From: Pedobacter sp.
Lineage (GTDB): Bacteria; Desulfobacterota; Desulfuromonadia; Desulfuromonadales; Syntrophotaleaceae
DNA length: 64,000 nt
Direction: 5' to 3'
Assembly: GCA_050253415.1 (NCBI GenBank)
Contig: JBFWJC010000003.1
Coordinates: forward strand, 160,001-224,000
Both the position numbers and the translations under genes were made by a program. Shown here piece after piece: positions 40,982 to 50,903 of this stretch (the first letter of the stretch is position 1; each line of letters starts with the position of its first letter). The notes below the pieces were generated by a model, which was given only the letters and a program-made list of their open reading frames with translations, did no database searches and was not told the origin of the DNA.

Positions 40982-41699
40982 TACACAAAATGCATGATAG
41001 ACGCCAGTGGAAACTATATAGGAAAAAAATAATCCAAGAGTTAAGGATGAAAGAATCATGAAAAATTACCAAGGATTTCTTTATATTTTAAAAAAATAAA
41101 TGATTTCAGTTGCCTGGACGATAGGTCAGGTAGAATATCGTATTTTCAGGTGGAAAATGGACGGTCATTCATTTGAATAAAGGTTAGAAATGTAAGGTTT
41201 TCTTAAAAGACGATTTTTTACTGGGCCTTTTTATATTCAAGGAATTGACGTTTACAGTATATGTTTTGATTATTATAACCATTGTTTAGGCTGTTTAGGC
41301 AGGTATGTTGGTTGGTTGTCAAAATACATCCGTCTCGGGGCTTTTTGCTGTCAATGCCCTGACTTGAATAAGAAATATTTTAGGTGTGCTGTGGGGGGCG
41401 AACACAGGGGTGATCTTTTCTGACCAAGCGAAGTACTTCGGGATTGCGCCACTGATGGTCGGGGTTATATGATAGCAACCCTGCAAGTGGATTTTCCATG
41501 AATCCGTTATGCAAATGGCTATTGCTGATAAAAAACCTCCAGCACTATATACTGGAAACGTATTGACAAAATAAATTCAAAAGGTTAAATGGCATGACGA
41601 ATGTTGCGTTCGGTTCGGAGTTGTCAGAATATTTTCTGGATGTGTGATCTTTTTGGTGGATATAGATGACAACTGTTGGCACTTTCAGGGGAGCCGGTT

Positions 41700-42473
41700 T
41701 TGATAGCACGGATAACTGAAAGCGATCTTTTCGAGGCTTGTCGTTTCCTGTTTGGAAACGAGATTCAGTTGTCATTGGATTTTCTTTCCTACTTGCAACC
41801 CAATGGCGCCAAATCCGCCTACCGCCGTAAGGTCAAAGAGACCCATCCTGATTTATGCGGCCAGGATGATTCGGGGAAACAGCAAACTCAGACCGAGCAG
41901 TTTCAGAGGTTGCTGGCCTCCTATGAAGTTGTCTGCGATTTTTTCAAGTTGCGTGAAAGTGGATTATGGACTCCTACTCCTGTATCTACAGGACCGGTTG
42001 CGCCATCCTCGCCACCTGCACAGCATCCCACTACATCGCGGCGACCATTCGCCGGCGCAACCAGCGCGAACTGCTATCTTCCCCGACGTAGCCTGCAGAT
42101 CGGGTTGTATCTGTATTATCGTAAATATATCGACTACCGACTGTTGATGGATGCGCTCTTCTGGCAACGTCGTCAGAGGCCCAATCTTGGAGATATTGCC
42201 CAGCGTTGGGGATGGCTGCAGGCTCGTGATGTTCATCGTATCTTGAGCTTTCGCGGTGCTGGACGCCGTTTTGGTGAAAAAGCCGTCGGACTTGATTTTA
42301 TAACCCAGCGGCAACTGCAAACCTTACTGTTCTACCAGCGCTCACAACAGAAAAAGCTTGGACAATTTTTTGTGGAAAATGCCATTTTAGGGCATGATGA
42401 GATGGAGAAACTTGTCCAGGAACAGAAGGAACATAATCGACGTTACGGAAAAGGGCCCATTTTTTACGGCTAA
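41700..42473 (+). CDS. J-domain (DnaJ-type) protein with C-terminal MshEN-like repeats
   Basis: KSAYRRKVKETHPD...FQ.L..SYE; C-terminal LG/FG-x6-G repeats; TTG start after GGGGAG (41676 is an alternative start). Confidence 0.75.
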   Translation: MIARITESDLFEACRFLFGNEIQLSLDFLSYLQPNGAKSAYRRKVKETHPDLCGQDDSGKQQTQTEQFQRLLASYEVVCDFFKLRESGLWTPTPVSTGPVAPSSPPAQHPTTSRRPFAGATSANCYLPRRSLQIGLYLYYRKYIDYRLLMDALFWQRRQRPNLGDIAQRWGWLQARDVHRILSFRGAGRRFGEKAVGLDFITQRQLQTLLFYQRSQQKKLGQFFVENAILGHDEMEKLVQEQKEHNRRYGKGPIFYG

Positions 42474-42504
42474 TTGCCGTACGGGACGACCATCTTCAAT
42501 TCCC

Positions 42505-42541
42505 AGAAAACGGGTAAGACCTGCGGTCTTGCCCGTTTTCT
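42505..42541 (+). terminator. Intrinsic terminator
   Basis: AGAAAACGGGTAAGACC-TGC-GGTCTTGCCCGTTTTCT. Confidence 0.75.
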
Positions 42542-42777
42542 CTCAAATGTCCATTGTTGCAAAGCAGGATCGCTTCACCCGTTCTCTTTAACTACAGATC
42601 AGCCTGGTCACTCTGTCCCTGTTATTGGTTGTCAGTATCCGGTGGCGGTTATGACATGGGAATAGCGTGGTCCGGCATTTTACTGCTATCCGTTACGATC
42701 GGGAAAAATGCTTTGACAAGGATCATGCGAATTTTTTAGGATAAGCCTCATTTTACCTTATTGGATATGGGAATTGC

Positions 42778-43746
42778 ATGCAGCTTGCTCAGAAACTGCT
42801 CAGGGATGATCTGGAACACATCGAAGGCTGCTTTCGCCAATACCTGACCTCAGATGTACCGCTGATCCGCCAGATGAGCGACCATATATTGGCCAGTGGG
42901 GGTAAACGCATCCGGCCGGTACTATTACTTCTGTGTGCCCGCCTGAGCGGTTATGGCGGAGAAGACCGGTATACTCTCGCCAGTGTTATCGAATTCATTC
43001 ATACCGCAACCTTGCTCCATGATGATGTGGTTGACGGCGCACCTTTGCGCCGAGGGCAGGTTTCTGCCAACGTCGCTTGGGGAAATGAAGTCGCCATACT
43101 GGTCGGTGACTACCTGTTTGCGCGCTGCTTTGAACTGATGGTCGATTTTTGTGATCGCCGTATTATGAAGGCTTTGGCCAGTACCACCTCGCTGATGGCA
43201 CAGGGGGAGGTTATCCAGCTTATGAATAGTGGCGATCTGTCTCTCGACGAAGAACGCTACTTATCCGTAGTACGCAGCAAAACAGCGGCCCTGTTTTCAG
43301 CAACGTGCCGCTGCGGTGCCATCCTGGGCCAATTGCCGAGCGACCGTGAAGAAGATCTGGCCGCATTCGGTATGGACCTGGGGGTTGCTTTTCAATTGGT
43401 CGATGATGCCTTGGATTATGTTGCCGATCAGAATGAATCCGGCAAGCTGCTTGGTCGCGATCTGGCAGAGGGGAAAATGACTCTGCCCCTTATCTATGCC
43501 TTGCGCTGCTGTCCGGGGGACGAGCGCCAGAAGGTATCCGCTATTTTTGACAAAGACCATTTGCATGCTGATGATCTTGGTTTTGTTCAAAGCCTTATCA
43601 ATCGGTATGATGGCATTGGCTATACCCACCGACAGGCGAGTTTCTACGTAAGCCAGGCCCGTGCAAGACTGGCTGCATTTCCTGACTCTCCAGCGCGGCA
43701 GGCACTTGCCGAGTTGGCGGAGTCCGCCATTCACCGACGTTATTGA
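42778..43746 (+). CDS. Polyprenyl diphosphate synthase (IspB/HepT-like)
   Basis: GGKRIRP, HTATLLHDDVVD...RRG, GDYL, KTA.LF, FQLVDD.LD, GK.TLP. Confidence 0.92.
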   Translation: MQLAQKLLRDDLEHIEGCFRQYLTSDVPLIRQMSDHILASGGKRIRPVLLLLCARLSGYGGEDRYTLASVIEFIHTATLLHDDVVDGAPLRRGQVSANVAWGNEVAILVGDYLFARCFELMVDFCDRRIMKALASTTSLMAQGEVIQLMNSGDLSLDEERYLSVVRSKTAALFSATCRCGAILGQLPSDREEDLAAFGMDLGVAFQLVDDALDYVADQNESGKLLGRDLAEGKMTLPLIYALRCCPGDERQKVSAIFDKDHLHADDLGFVQSLINRYDGIGYTHRQASFYVSQARARLAAFPDSPARQALAELAESAIHRRY

Positions 43747-43824
43747 TCCCCCTCTCTGTTCCAGTAGTGGGAACCGTTTTAGATCCTCTCTCCAAGTCCT
43801 CGGAATGATAAACATTTCTCTTTC

Positions 43825-43859
43825 TTGACAGTCCATTAACGATTGTTATCATTAATGGA
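43825..43859 (+). promoter_or_regulatory. lon promoter with overlapping palindrome
   Basis: TTGACA-N16-TATCAT; TCCATTAACGAT-TGTT-ATCATTAATGGA overlaps the -10. Confidence 0.55.
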
Positions 43860-44009
43860 TAGCATGCGGCCTGAATTTGGTTTTTTGAAGTTTTCCTGCA
43901 TATGCAGGAATCTTCAGCCATTTCGTTTCGCACAATGTCTCTATCCGATAACAACGTCTCTTTATCCTTTTTGGATTTCCGGATAAGTATGAGGCAAAGG
44001 GAGATACCC

Positions 44010-46400
44010 ATGACCGGACAGCCTCTGGATATTATTCCGTCTGAAGTGCCTGTGTATCCACTGCATGAACAGGTTATTTTTCCCCACATGGCCTTTCCTT
44101 TATTTATCGGTAAAGAGCACATGGGGCTTGTCGAAGAGTCGTTGCGAGGCGATCGTCTCCTTGCCATCCTTACAGTCCTGGCGGTTGACCCGATTACCGG
44201 TCGCGAGCAATTTGCAAGAGTCGGGACGATTTGCCGCATAAGTCAGGTTTTACGGTTTCCGGAGGGGGGCTGTAAAATAATGCTCGAAGGGCTTAACCGC
44301 ATTCGCCTGATAAATACCAGGCAGGTTACGCCTTTTGTCATGGCATCAGTGAGTCTGATCCCCGCCCGTGAGAACCGGAATGCCGTTGCGCAGGCCATGA
44401 TGCAGAGTATCGTAGCTTTGCTGCGGGTGGCCCAATCCCTTGGACAGCCGTTGCCGGACGATATCAACCACTCCATTGGGCGCATAGACGAATCTGGCAA
44501 ACTTGCCGACGTGTTGGCGGTTTATCTGAATATGGAAGTCAAGGATCAGCAGCGTCTTCTCGAAACCCTTGATCCTTTGGAGCGTCTCAAGGAAGTTTAT
44601 CTGTTTTTGACCTCCGAGATCCAAAAAATGCAGGTCAAGGGACAAGGCCATGCCGATCGTTCACGTTCTAATGTCCGCAGTCAGAAAGAGCACCTGTTGC
44701 GTGAACAACTCAAACAAATTCAGCACCAATTGGGAGAAGAAGATCCCCAGCAGGAAGAAATTCGGCAGTTTCGCTCAGTTGTAGAAAGTGGCGATATGCC
44801 TGAGGGCGTGCGCTCTGTAGCTGAAAAAGAATTGGCCCGCCTGGAACGTATCAATCCCTCATCACCGGAATATACGGTCGCTCGCACGTATGTTGAATAC
44901 TTATGTAACATGCCGTGGCGAAGTGGCACTTCCGATATACTCGATATCGAGCGTGCCCAGCAAACCCTTGATGAGGATCATTACGACCTGGTGGAGGTGA
45001 AAGAACGCATCCTCGAGTTTTTGGCCGTTCACACACTTAAAGCGTCTCTGAAGGGACCCATACTTTGCCTTGTAGGGCCGCCCGGGGTAGGTAAAACCTC
45101 TCTTGGCCGTTCCATCGCCCGGTCTTTAGGGCGCAAATTCATCCGTATTTCCCTTGGGGGTATGAAAGACGAGGCGGAGATTCGGGGACATCGGCGCACT
45201 TATATCGGCGCCATGCCCGGTCGCATCATTCAGGAAATCTGCCGGTGTGGAAACAATAATCCGGTTTTCATGCTCGACGAGGTCGATAAAATCGGCCAGG
45301 ATTTTCGTGGTGACCCGGCTGCGGCCTTGCTGGAAGTTCTCGATCCTGAGCAGAATGACACTTTTACCGATCATTACCTCGATGTAGCATTTGATCTGTC
45401 GCACGTCATGTTTATTACGACGGCCAACATTATGGATACTATTCCGCCACCCTTGCGTGATCGCATGGAGGTATTGCGCCTGCCCGGATACAGTGATGAG
45501 GAAAAATTGCAGATCGTTTTTAAATATTTGATACCCAAACAAATATCGGAAAACGGCCTTGAGGACCACCCAGTGCCTTTTGAAGAGGATGCGGTTCTTA
45601 AAATTATCAAAGATTATACCCGTGAAGCCGGGGTGCGTGGCATCGACCGGCAAATTGCTTCGATTTGCCGCAAGGTAGCCAAAGAAGTTGCCAAGGGGAG
45701 GGCGGCACCGGCCATTATCAATTGCGATGAGGTTGAAAAAATGCTCGGTCCGCGCAAATATTTTTCCGATGTTGCGTCCGAGGAAGACCGTGTCGGGGTA
45801 GTGACCGGGTTAGCCTGGACGGAATCCGGCGGGGATATCATTTTTATCGAGGTTTCGGCCATGGCCGGGAGTAAACAGTTGACCTTGACCGGCAGTCTCG
45901 GCAGTGTCATGCAGGAATCGGCGAAAACGGCGCTCTCCTATGTGCGGGCTCATCATGCCGAATTTGATATCGACGCCGGTTTCTTCGAAAACACCGATAT
46001 TCATATCCATGTTCCGTCCGGTGCCATTCCCAAGGATGGACCTTCAGCCGGCGTGACGATTGCTACGGCTCTCATTTCTTTATTCACCGGGAGACCGGCC
46101 CGGCGCAATGTGGCCATGACCGGGGAACTCACCCTGACGGGAAGGATATTGCCAATAGGTGGTGTTAAAGAAAAGGTGCTGGCCGCCAGGCGTGCCGGCG
46201 TGACTACCGTATTGCTGCCTGAGCGCAACCGTGAAAATCTTAAAGAACTCGATGATTTTATTCTTAAAGAAATGAACGTATTTCTGGTTGACAGCTTGTC
46301 CGAAGTGATTGCCCATACGCTGATGCCGGATCCCGAGCATGCAAATCGATTGTTCGAAGATCGCCAACCTCTGCTCATCGATCCGCATTCGGGGTCATGA
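44010..46400 (+). CDS. lon: ATP-dependent protease La (Lon)
   Basis: LON N domain, [40 protein letters not shown]. Confidence 0.95.
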   Translation: MTGQPLDIIPSEVPVYPLHEQVIFPHMAFPLFIGKEHMGLVEESLRGDRLLAILTVLAVDPITGREQFARVGTICRISQVLRFPEGGCKIMLEGLNRIRLINTRQVTPFVMASVSLIPARENRNAVAQAMMQSIVALLRVAQSLGQPLPDDINHSIGRIDESGKLADVLAVYLNMEVKDQQRLLETLDPLERLKEVYLFLTSEIQKMQVKGQGHADRSRSNVRSQKEHLLREQLKQIQHQLGEEDPQQEEIRQFRSVVESGDMPEGVRSVAEKELARLERINPSSPEYTVARTYVEYLCNMPWRSGTSDILDIERAQQTLDEDHYDLVEVKERILEFLAVHTLKASLKGPILCLVGPPGVGKTSLGRSIARSLGRKFIRISLGGMKDEAEIRGHRRTYIGAMPGRIIQEICRCGNNNPVFMLDEVDKIGQDFRGDPAAALLEVLDPEQNDTFTDHYLDVAFDLSHVMFITTANIMDTIPPPLRDRMEVLRLPGYSDEEKLQIVFKYLIPKQISENGLEDHPVPFEEDAVLKIIKDYTREAGVRGIDRQIASICRKVAKEVAKGRAAPAIINCDEVEKMLGPRKYFSDVASEEDRVGVVTGLAWTESGGDIIFIEVSAMAGSKQLTLTGSLGSVMQESAKTALSYVRAHHAEFDIDAGFFENTDIHIHVPSGAIPKDGPSAGVTIATALISLFTGRPARRNVAMTGELTLTGRILPIGGVKEKVLAARRAGVTTVLLPERNRENLKELDDFILKEMNVFLVDSLSEVIAHTLMPDPEHANRLFEDRQPLLIDPHSGS

Positions 46401-46453
46401 GCCTTGCCTTCACCCCGGGGCTTGGGTATATACTCGATATCACAACCGTCTTG

Positions 46454-46490
46454 ACAAGTGTCCATCCGAAATCTCGGGATGGACACTTGT
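46454..46490. repeat. 14-bp perfect inverted repeat; related copy at 52982
   Basis: ACAAGTGTCCATCC-GAAATCTCG-GGATGGACACTTGT. Confidence 0.8.
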
Positions 46491-46519
46491 AGAGCTTTGA
46501 ATAGGAAGGGACGATTATC

Positions 46520-48016
46520 GTGATATCCTCCAAAGGATGGCGGCGGTTGACCGCCGTCTTTTTATTTTGCCTGTGGGCCTCGATAGGCCATGCTCAGCCG
46601 TTAGCCGAAAAGGTGCGCGAGCATGTCTTCCCCAATGGCTTGCGTTTGCTGGTGGTCGAGCGACATAACGCGCCAACCTTTAGCGCTTATCTCACAGTGG
46701 GTGTCGGTTCCGTCGATGAAACCAACGGCGATCGGGGCTTGGCTCATTTCCTTGAACATCTGCGGTTCAAGGGTACCGAAATCCTCGGAACCCGTAATTA
46801 TGCAGCGGAAAAGCCTTTGTTGGCCGCTATCGAAGAGACGGGGGATGCTCTGGACCGTCTGCGCCGCCATCCCAATGCTGACCCGAAAGAGTTGGCCGCC
46901 CTGGAAGATCGGTTGCGTGATTTGAAGCAAAGGCACCGTGAATTTGTTGTTACGGATGAAGCTTCAAGCATTTATGCCCGCAATGGCGGGGTCGGTTATA
47001 ATGCTTTTACCAACAAAGATCTCACCAGTTATATTATTTCCCTGCCATCGAATAAGCTTGAACTGTGGGCTACGGTGGAATCCGATCGCATGGCCCATGC
47101 GGTGCTTCGTGAATTTTATACCGAGCGGGATGTGGTGCTGGAAGAGCGTCGCCGTTCTTACGACAGCAATCCCGACGGGTTGCTTTATGAACAACTGCTG
47201 GCGACCGCCTTTACCGTTCATCCTTATCGTCACCCCATCATCGGTTGGCCTTCCGATATCAGTAATTTGAGCCCGCGCCAGGCCCGGGACTTCATGCACA
47301 GGTATTACGCTCCGGTCAACACGGTCATTGCCCTGGTGGGGGCGATTGATTTTGATGAAGCCGTGGCCATGGTGGGGCGCTATTTCGGACATCTCCCCGC
47401 CGGAACCCCCGTGCCCGGCGTAGCGGCCCTGGAACCTCCTCAGCGAGGAGAGCGGCGCGTCAAAGTGGTCTTTGACGCGCAGCCGAAACTGGAGGTGGCC
47501 TTTCACAAACCGACCCTTCCCAGTCGTGACGACTATGTGTTCGATGTTATCGATCAATTGCTTGGCCAGGGGCGCACCTCGCGCCTCTACCAGACACTGG
47601 TGGTCGAAAAACAACTGGCCGCCGAGGTGTCGACTTACGGCGCACCCGGTTCGCGTTACCCCAACCTGTTCGTTTGCCATCTGGTGCCACGTCATCCGCA
47701 TACTGTGGAAGAGGTCGAACAGGCGCTTTATCAGGAGCTTGAACGCCTGTCCCGGGAACCGGTAAGCGATGCGGACCTTGAACGGGTTCGTAACCGGCTG
47801 CGGGTTGACCAGTTGCGTTCTTTAAAAAGTAATAGTGGGCTTGCAGGTATGTTGACCTATTTTCAAACCGTTGCAGGGAATTGGCGCTACCTTTCCGAGT
47901 ATGATCGGCAGGTCGCTTCGGTAACGGCGGAAGATGTCATGGCTGTGGCGAGTAAATATTTCACCAGTGAAAATAGAACGGTGGCGATTCTCGAGGCGAA
48001 AGGACAACAGCCGTGA
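46520..48016 (+). CDS. M16B zinc peptidase, catalytic subunit, secreted
   Basis: Signal peptide, GLAHFLEH (HxxEH), NAFT, ER.VV.EE, HPY..PIIG. Confidence 0.9.
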   Translation: MISSKGWRRLTAVFLFCLWASIGHAQPLAEKVREHVFPNGLRLLVVERHNAPTFSAYLTVGVGSVDETNGDRGLAHFLEHLRFKGTEILGTRNYAAEKPLLAAIEETGDALDRLRRHPNADPKELAALEDRLRDLKQRHREFVVTDEASSIYARNGGVGYNAFTNKDLTSYIISLPSNKLELWATVESDRMAHAVLREFYTERDVVLEERRRSYDSNPDGLLYEQLLATAFTVHPYRHPIIGWPSDISNLSPRQARDFMHRYYAPVNTVIALVGAIDFDEAVAMVGRYFGHLPAGTPVPGVAALEPPQRGERRVKVVFDAQPKLEVAFHKPTLPSRDDYVFDVIDQLLGQGRTSRLYQTLVVEKQLAAEVSTYGAPGSRYPNLFVCHLVPRHPHTVEEVEQALYQELERLSREPVSDADLERVRNRLRVDQLRSLKSNSGLAGMLTYFQTVAGNWRYLSEYDRQVASVTAEDVMAVASKYFTSENRTVAILEAKGQQP

Positions 48017-49443
48017 TGAAATGTTGGATGATGACTCTGGTTGGGTTAGTCCTGCTGGCGGGTTGTACGCTATCGCACCGTATGGAACACCCTGACACGA
48101 TGCAATTCGCGCCCCTGAGTTTTGAACTGCCGAAGGTCGAGAAGTTTCAACTTACCAACGGTGTTAAGGTTTTTTTATGCGAAGATCATGAACTTCCGCT
48201 GGTGACTATGAGTGCCATGTTTGATGCCGGCAACATTAATGACCCACCTGATAAGAGCGGTCTGGCACAACTGCATAGCAGCGCCGTGCGCGGTGCAGGA
48301 GCCGGCGACAGGAGTGCTGATGAGGTCGAGGCGGATCTGGAGCGTATGGCCGCGGATCTGAGTGTGAGCAGCGAAACTTATGCGACGGTACTGAATCTGT
48401 CCTTGCAAACTGCCGATCTGGACCAGGGTGTGGGGTTGTTGACCGACATGATGCGGCGCCCGCTTTTTGAGCCACAGCGAGTCGAGTTGGCGCGCCGGCG
48501 CATGCTCGAAGGTATTCGGCGGGAGGCCGACAGTTCGGCGGTCGTCGCGCAAAAGACATTGGTCTCCGCACTTTATCAGGGACACGCCTTGGGGGCGATG
48601 CCCACGTTGGAGTCCGTGGAAGCGATTAAGCGGGAAGACCTTGAAAAGTTTCATCGCCGTTTTATCAGGCCGGATAACCTATGGTTGGCGGTTTCCGGAG
48701 ATATTGATCGCAAGACTCTGGAAAGCTTGCTGGGACGTCTGTTTGAAGGTTGGAACAGTGTGTCCCAACCATCCCCCCAACTCCAACCTCTGCCTCTTGA
48801 GCAACCCTCTTCGATATCACTTGTCCGCAAGGAGATCCCCCAGACGACCGTACTGATGGGGCAAAGGGGAATTGAAAAGACCGATCCTGATCTGTATGCC
48901 TTGCGGGTGCTCGATTTTATCCTGGGAGGGGGTAGTTTTAATTCCCGCCTGATGCAGGAAATACGTTCCAAACGCGGGCTTGCTTACTCGGTCTATTCGT
49001 ATTTTCAGGTCGGTCGACGACTCCCGGGACTGTTTGTCGCAGGTGCCGAAACCAAAAATGCTACGGTAGCCGAGGTTGTCGGCCTGATGCGTCAGGAAAT
49101 GGAAAATATGACTCGGGAACCGGTCACGGAGGACGAGCTGATTTTGGCCAAGGATAGCCTCATCAATTCCTTTGTATTCGCTTTTGATGATTCCCATGAG
49201 ATTGTCAGCCAGACCATGCGTCTGGTTTTTTATGGATATCCCGACGACTATCTGATCCGTTATCGCGATCGACTGGCGGCCGTTACCGCCGAAGATGTGT
49301 TGGCCGCCGCCCGACGTCATTTGCACCCCCGGACACAAACCGTGGTACTGGTCGGCGATCCCCTGCAGCCTGCTGAACTGGCCACACAACTGGGGCTGCC
49401 TCTGAAAAATATCGAGTCTTTTAATGGTGGTGCGGATAACTGA
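48013..49443 (+). CDS. M16B peptidase non-catalytic subunit, lipoprotein
   Basis: Lipobox LAGC, no HxxEH, LGGG.F.SRL..EIR..RGLAY. Confidence 0.88.
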   Translation: MMKCWMMTLVGLVLLAGCTLSHRMEHPDTMQFAPLSFELPKVEKFQLTNGVKVFLCEDHELPLVTMSAMFDAGNINDPPDKSGLAQLHSSAVRGAGAGDRSADEVEADLERMAADLSVSSETYATVLNLSLQTADLDQGVGLLTDMMRRPLFEPQRVELARRRMLEGIRREADSSAVVAQKTLVSALYQGHALGAMPTLESVEAIKREDLEKFHRRFIRPDNLWLAVSGDIDRKTLESLLGRLFEGWNSVSQPSPQLQPLPLEQPSSISLVRKEIPQTTVLMGQRGIEKTDPDLYALRVLDFILGGGSFNSRLMQEIRSKRGLAYSVYSYFQVGRRLPGLFVAGAETKNATVAEVVGLMRQEMENMTREPVTEDELILAKDSLINSFVFAFDDSHEIVSQTMRLVFYGYPDDYLIRYRDRLAAVTAEDVLAAARRHLHPRTQTVVLVGDPLQPAELATQLGLPLKNIESFNGGADN

Positions 49444-49562
49444 TCGGCTGATCCGTCTCCGAGGGGTTTTATACAGAAGATAACCACCTGTAAATTATCG
49501 AGGCGGTCGTATGACATCCTTGGCCGTGACAATGTCCGCACTTTTGCACGAAAGGGGTGCTC

Positions 49563-50189
49563 ATGCATGGCAGCCTTGAACTGCTGGTAACATTTATCGT
49601 TCAGATGATCATACTGGTCGATCCTGTGGCCGGCGCACCTGTATTGCTGGCCATCACCCCCGACAACAGCCGATCCGAGCGTCGGTCCATGGCGTTACGC
49701 GGTTGCCTGGTCGCATGCCTGGTGATTTGTTTTTTTATTCTGGCCGGACCGTGGCTATTGGGATACTTCGGTATTCAAACCGAGGCGGTACAGATTTGTG
49801 GCGGGGTGCTGTTGTTTGTTATCGCGATGGAAATGCTTTACGGACGCACCACTGGTACCGAAATTAGCCGTCGTGAAGAGCGACTTGCCGAAACCAAAAA
49901 AGACGTTTCCATTACGCCGCTGGCTATCCCGCTACTGGCTGGCCCGGGGGCTATTGCCACCGCTTTATTATTTGCCGGAAGAGCTTCCGGGTTCAGCGAT
50001 TATCTGATTCTGCTTGTCGGTACATTCATGGTGTTTACTGTCACTTGTATGTTCCTGTGGCAGGCCGAATTGCTTGGAAAAGCGCTGGGGCGCCTGGGGA
50101 TGGCAGTGATAACCCGAATCCTGGGATTGATCCTGGCATTTCTCGCGGTGCAATACGCCATTGACGGGGTTCGGGGCGTGCTGGGATAG
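49563..50189 (+). CDS. MarC-family membrane protein
   Basis: VDP.., GG.LLF.IA..ML, PLAIPLLAGPGAI, TRILGL.L. Confidence 0.9.
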   Translation: MHGSLELLVTFIVQMIILVDPVAGAPVLLAITPDNSRSERRSMALRGCLVACLVICFFILAGPWLLGYFGIQTEAVQICGGVLLFVIAMEMLYGRTTGTEISRREERLAETKKDVSITPLAIPLLAGPGAIATALLFAGRASGFSDYLILLVGTFMVFTVTCMFLWQAELLGKALGRLGMAVITRILGLILAFLAVQYAIDGVRGVLG

Positions 50190-50275
50190 TCATTAGTGCC
50201 GAGTTGACCGATGCCGATAAAGAGGTTATGCTGCGCAACGGTCCGCCGGGACAAGCCCTAAGCGACAGGTGACAA

Positions 50276-50815
50276 GTGAAAAGTGACGAAAACAACTGCA
50301 TGCGTAATTATCAGGACCTGGTGAGGCGTGTCGATGCCCTCTGCGATGCCATTGGTGCCCGCCTGGAGGGACACCTTGCATGTCGCAAGGGTTGTGACGC
50401 CTGTTGCCTGCACCTGAGCCTGTTCCCTGTCGAAGCGGTCGCGGTGGCGCAAGCTGTCAAGAACCTGCCGAAATTGCAGCAGCAAAAGCTACGTGAGCGT
50501 GCGAAAAATGCGCCCCACGATGGACCTTGTCCCCTGCTGGAAGATCATGTTTGCCTTATTTACCAGGCGAGGCCCATGATCTGTCGAACCCATGGATTGC
50601 CCATTTTGTCTCATGTCGAAGGAGGTTCCCAGGTCGACTTCTGTCCCGAAAATTGTCGGGAACTGACGGCTCTTTCGGGGGATATGATTATTGACCTCGA
50701 TCGGTTGAACACCGCATTGACAGCGATAAATAGTCTTTATTTGCGGGAAAGTGGTGAGGAGGACCAGCACAGGCGGAAATTTATGTCGGAGATTATTCTG
50801 GCTGTCACGGGGTAA
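50276..50815 (+). CDS. YkgJ-family cysteine cluster protein
   Basis: CRKGCDACC and CPLL...C.IY..RP.ICRTHG. Confidence 0.82.
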   Translation: MKSDENNCMRNYQDLVRRVDALCDAIGARLEGHLACRKGCDACCLHLSLFPVEAVAVAQAVKNLPKLQQQKLRERAKNAPHDGPCPLLEDHVCLIYQARPMICRTHGLPILSHVEGGSQVDFCPENCRELTALSGDMIIDLDRLNTALTAINSLYLRESGEEDQHRRKFMSEIILAVTG

Positions 50816-50903
50816 CTTGGCGGGGTTTTAGTGAATCCAGTCGTATATACAGTAATGTAACGGGAAATTAGCGTGGGTTGTTCGCGCGGTGGAAGGAGGC
50901 ACA

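Noticed and set aside
40684..41061. 125-aa plus-strand ORF in the MCP upstream region
   Set aside because: TTG start inside the MCP gene, no RBS, overlaps the predicted MCP promoter
50194..50220. GCCGATAA as a sigma28 promoter for the second YkgJ gene
   Set aside because: No convincing TAAA -35 at the expected spacing
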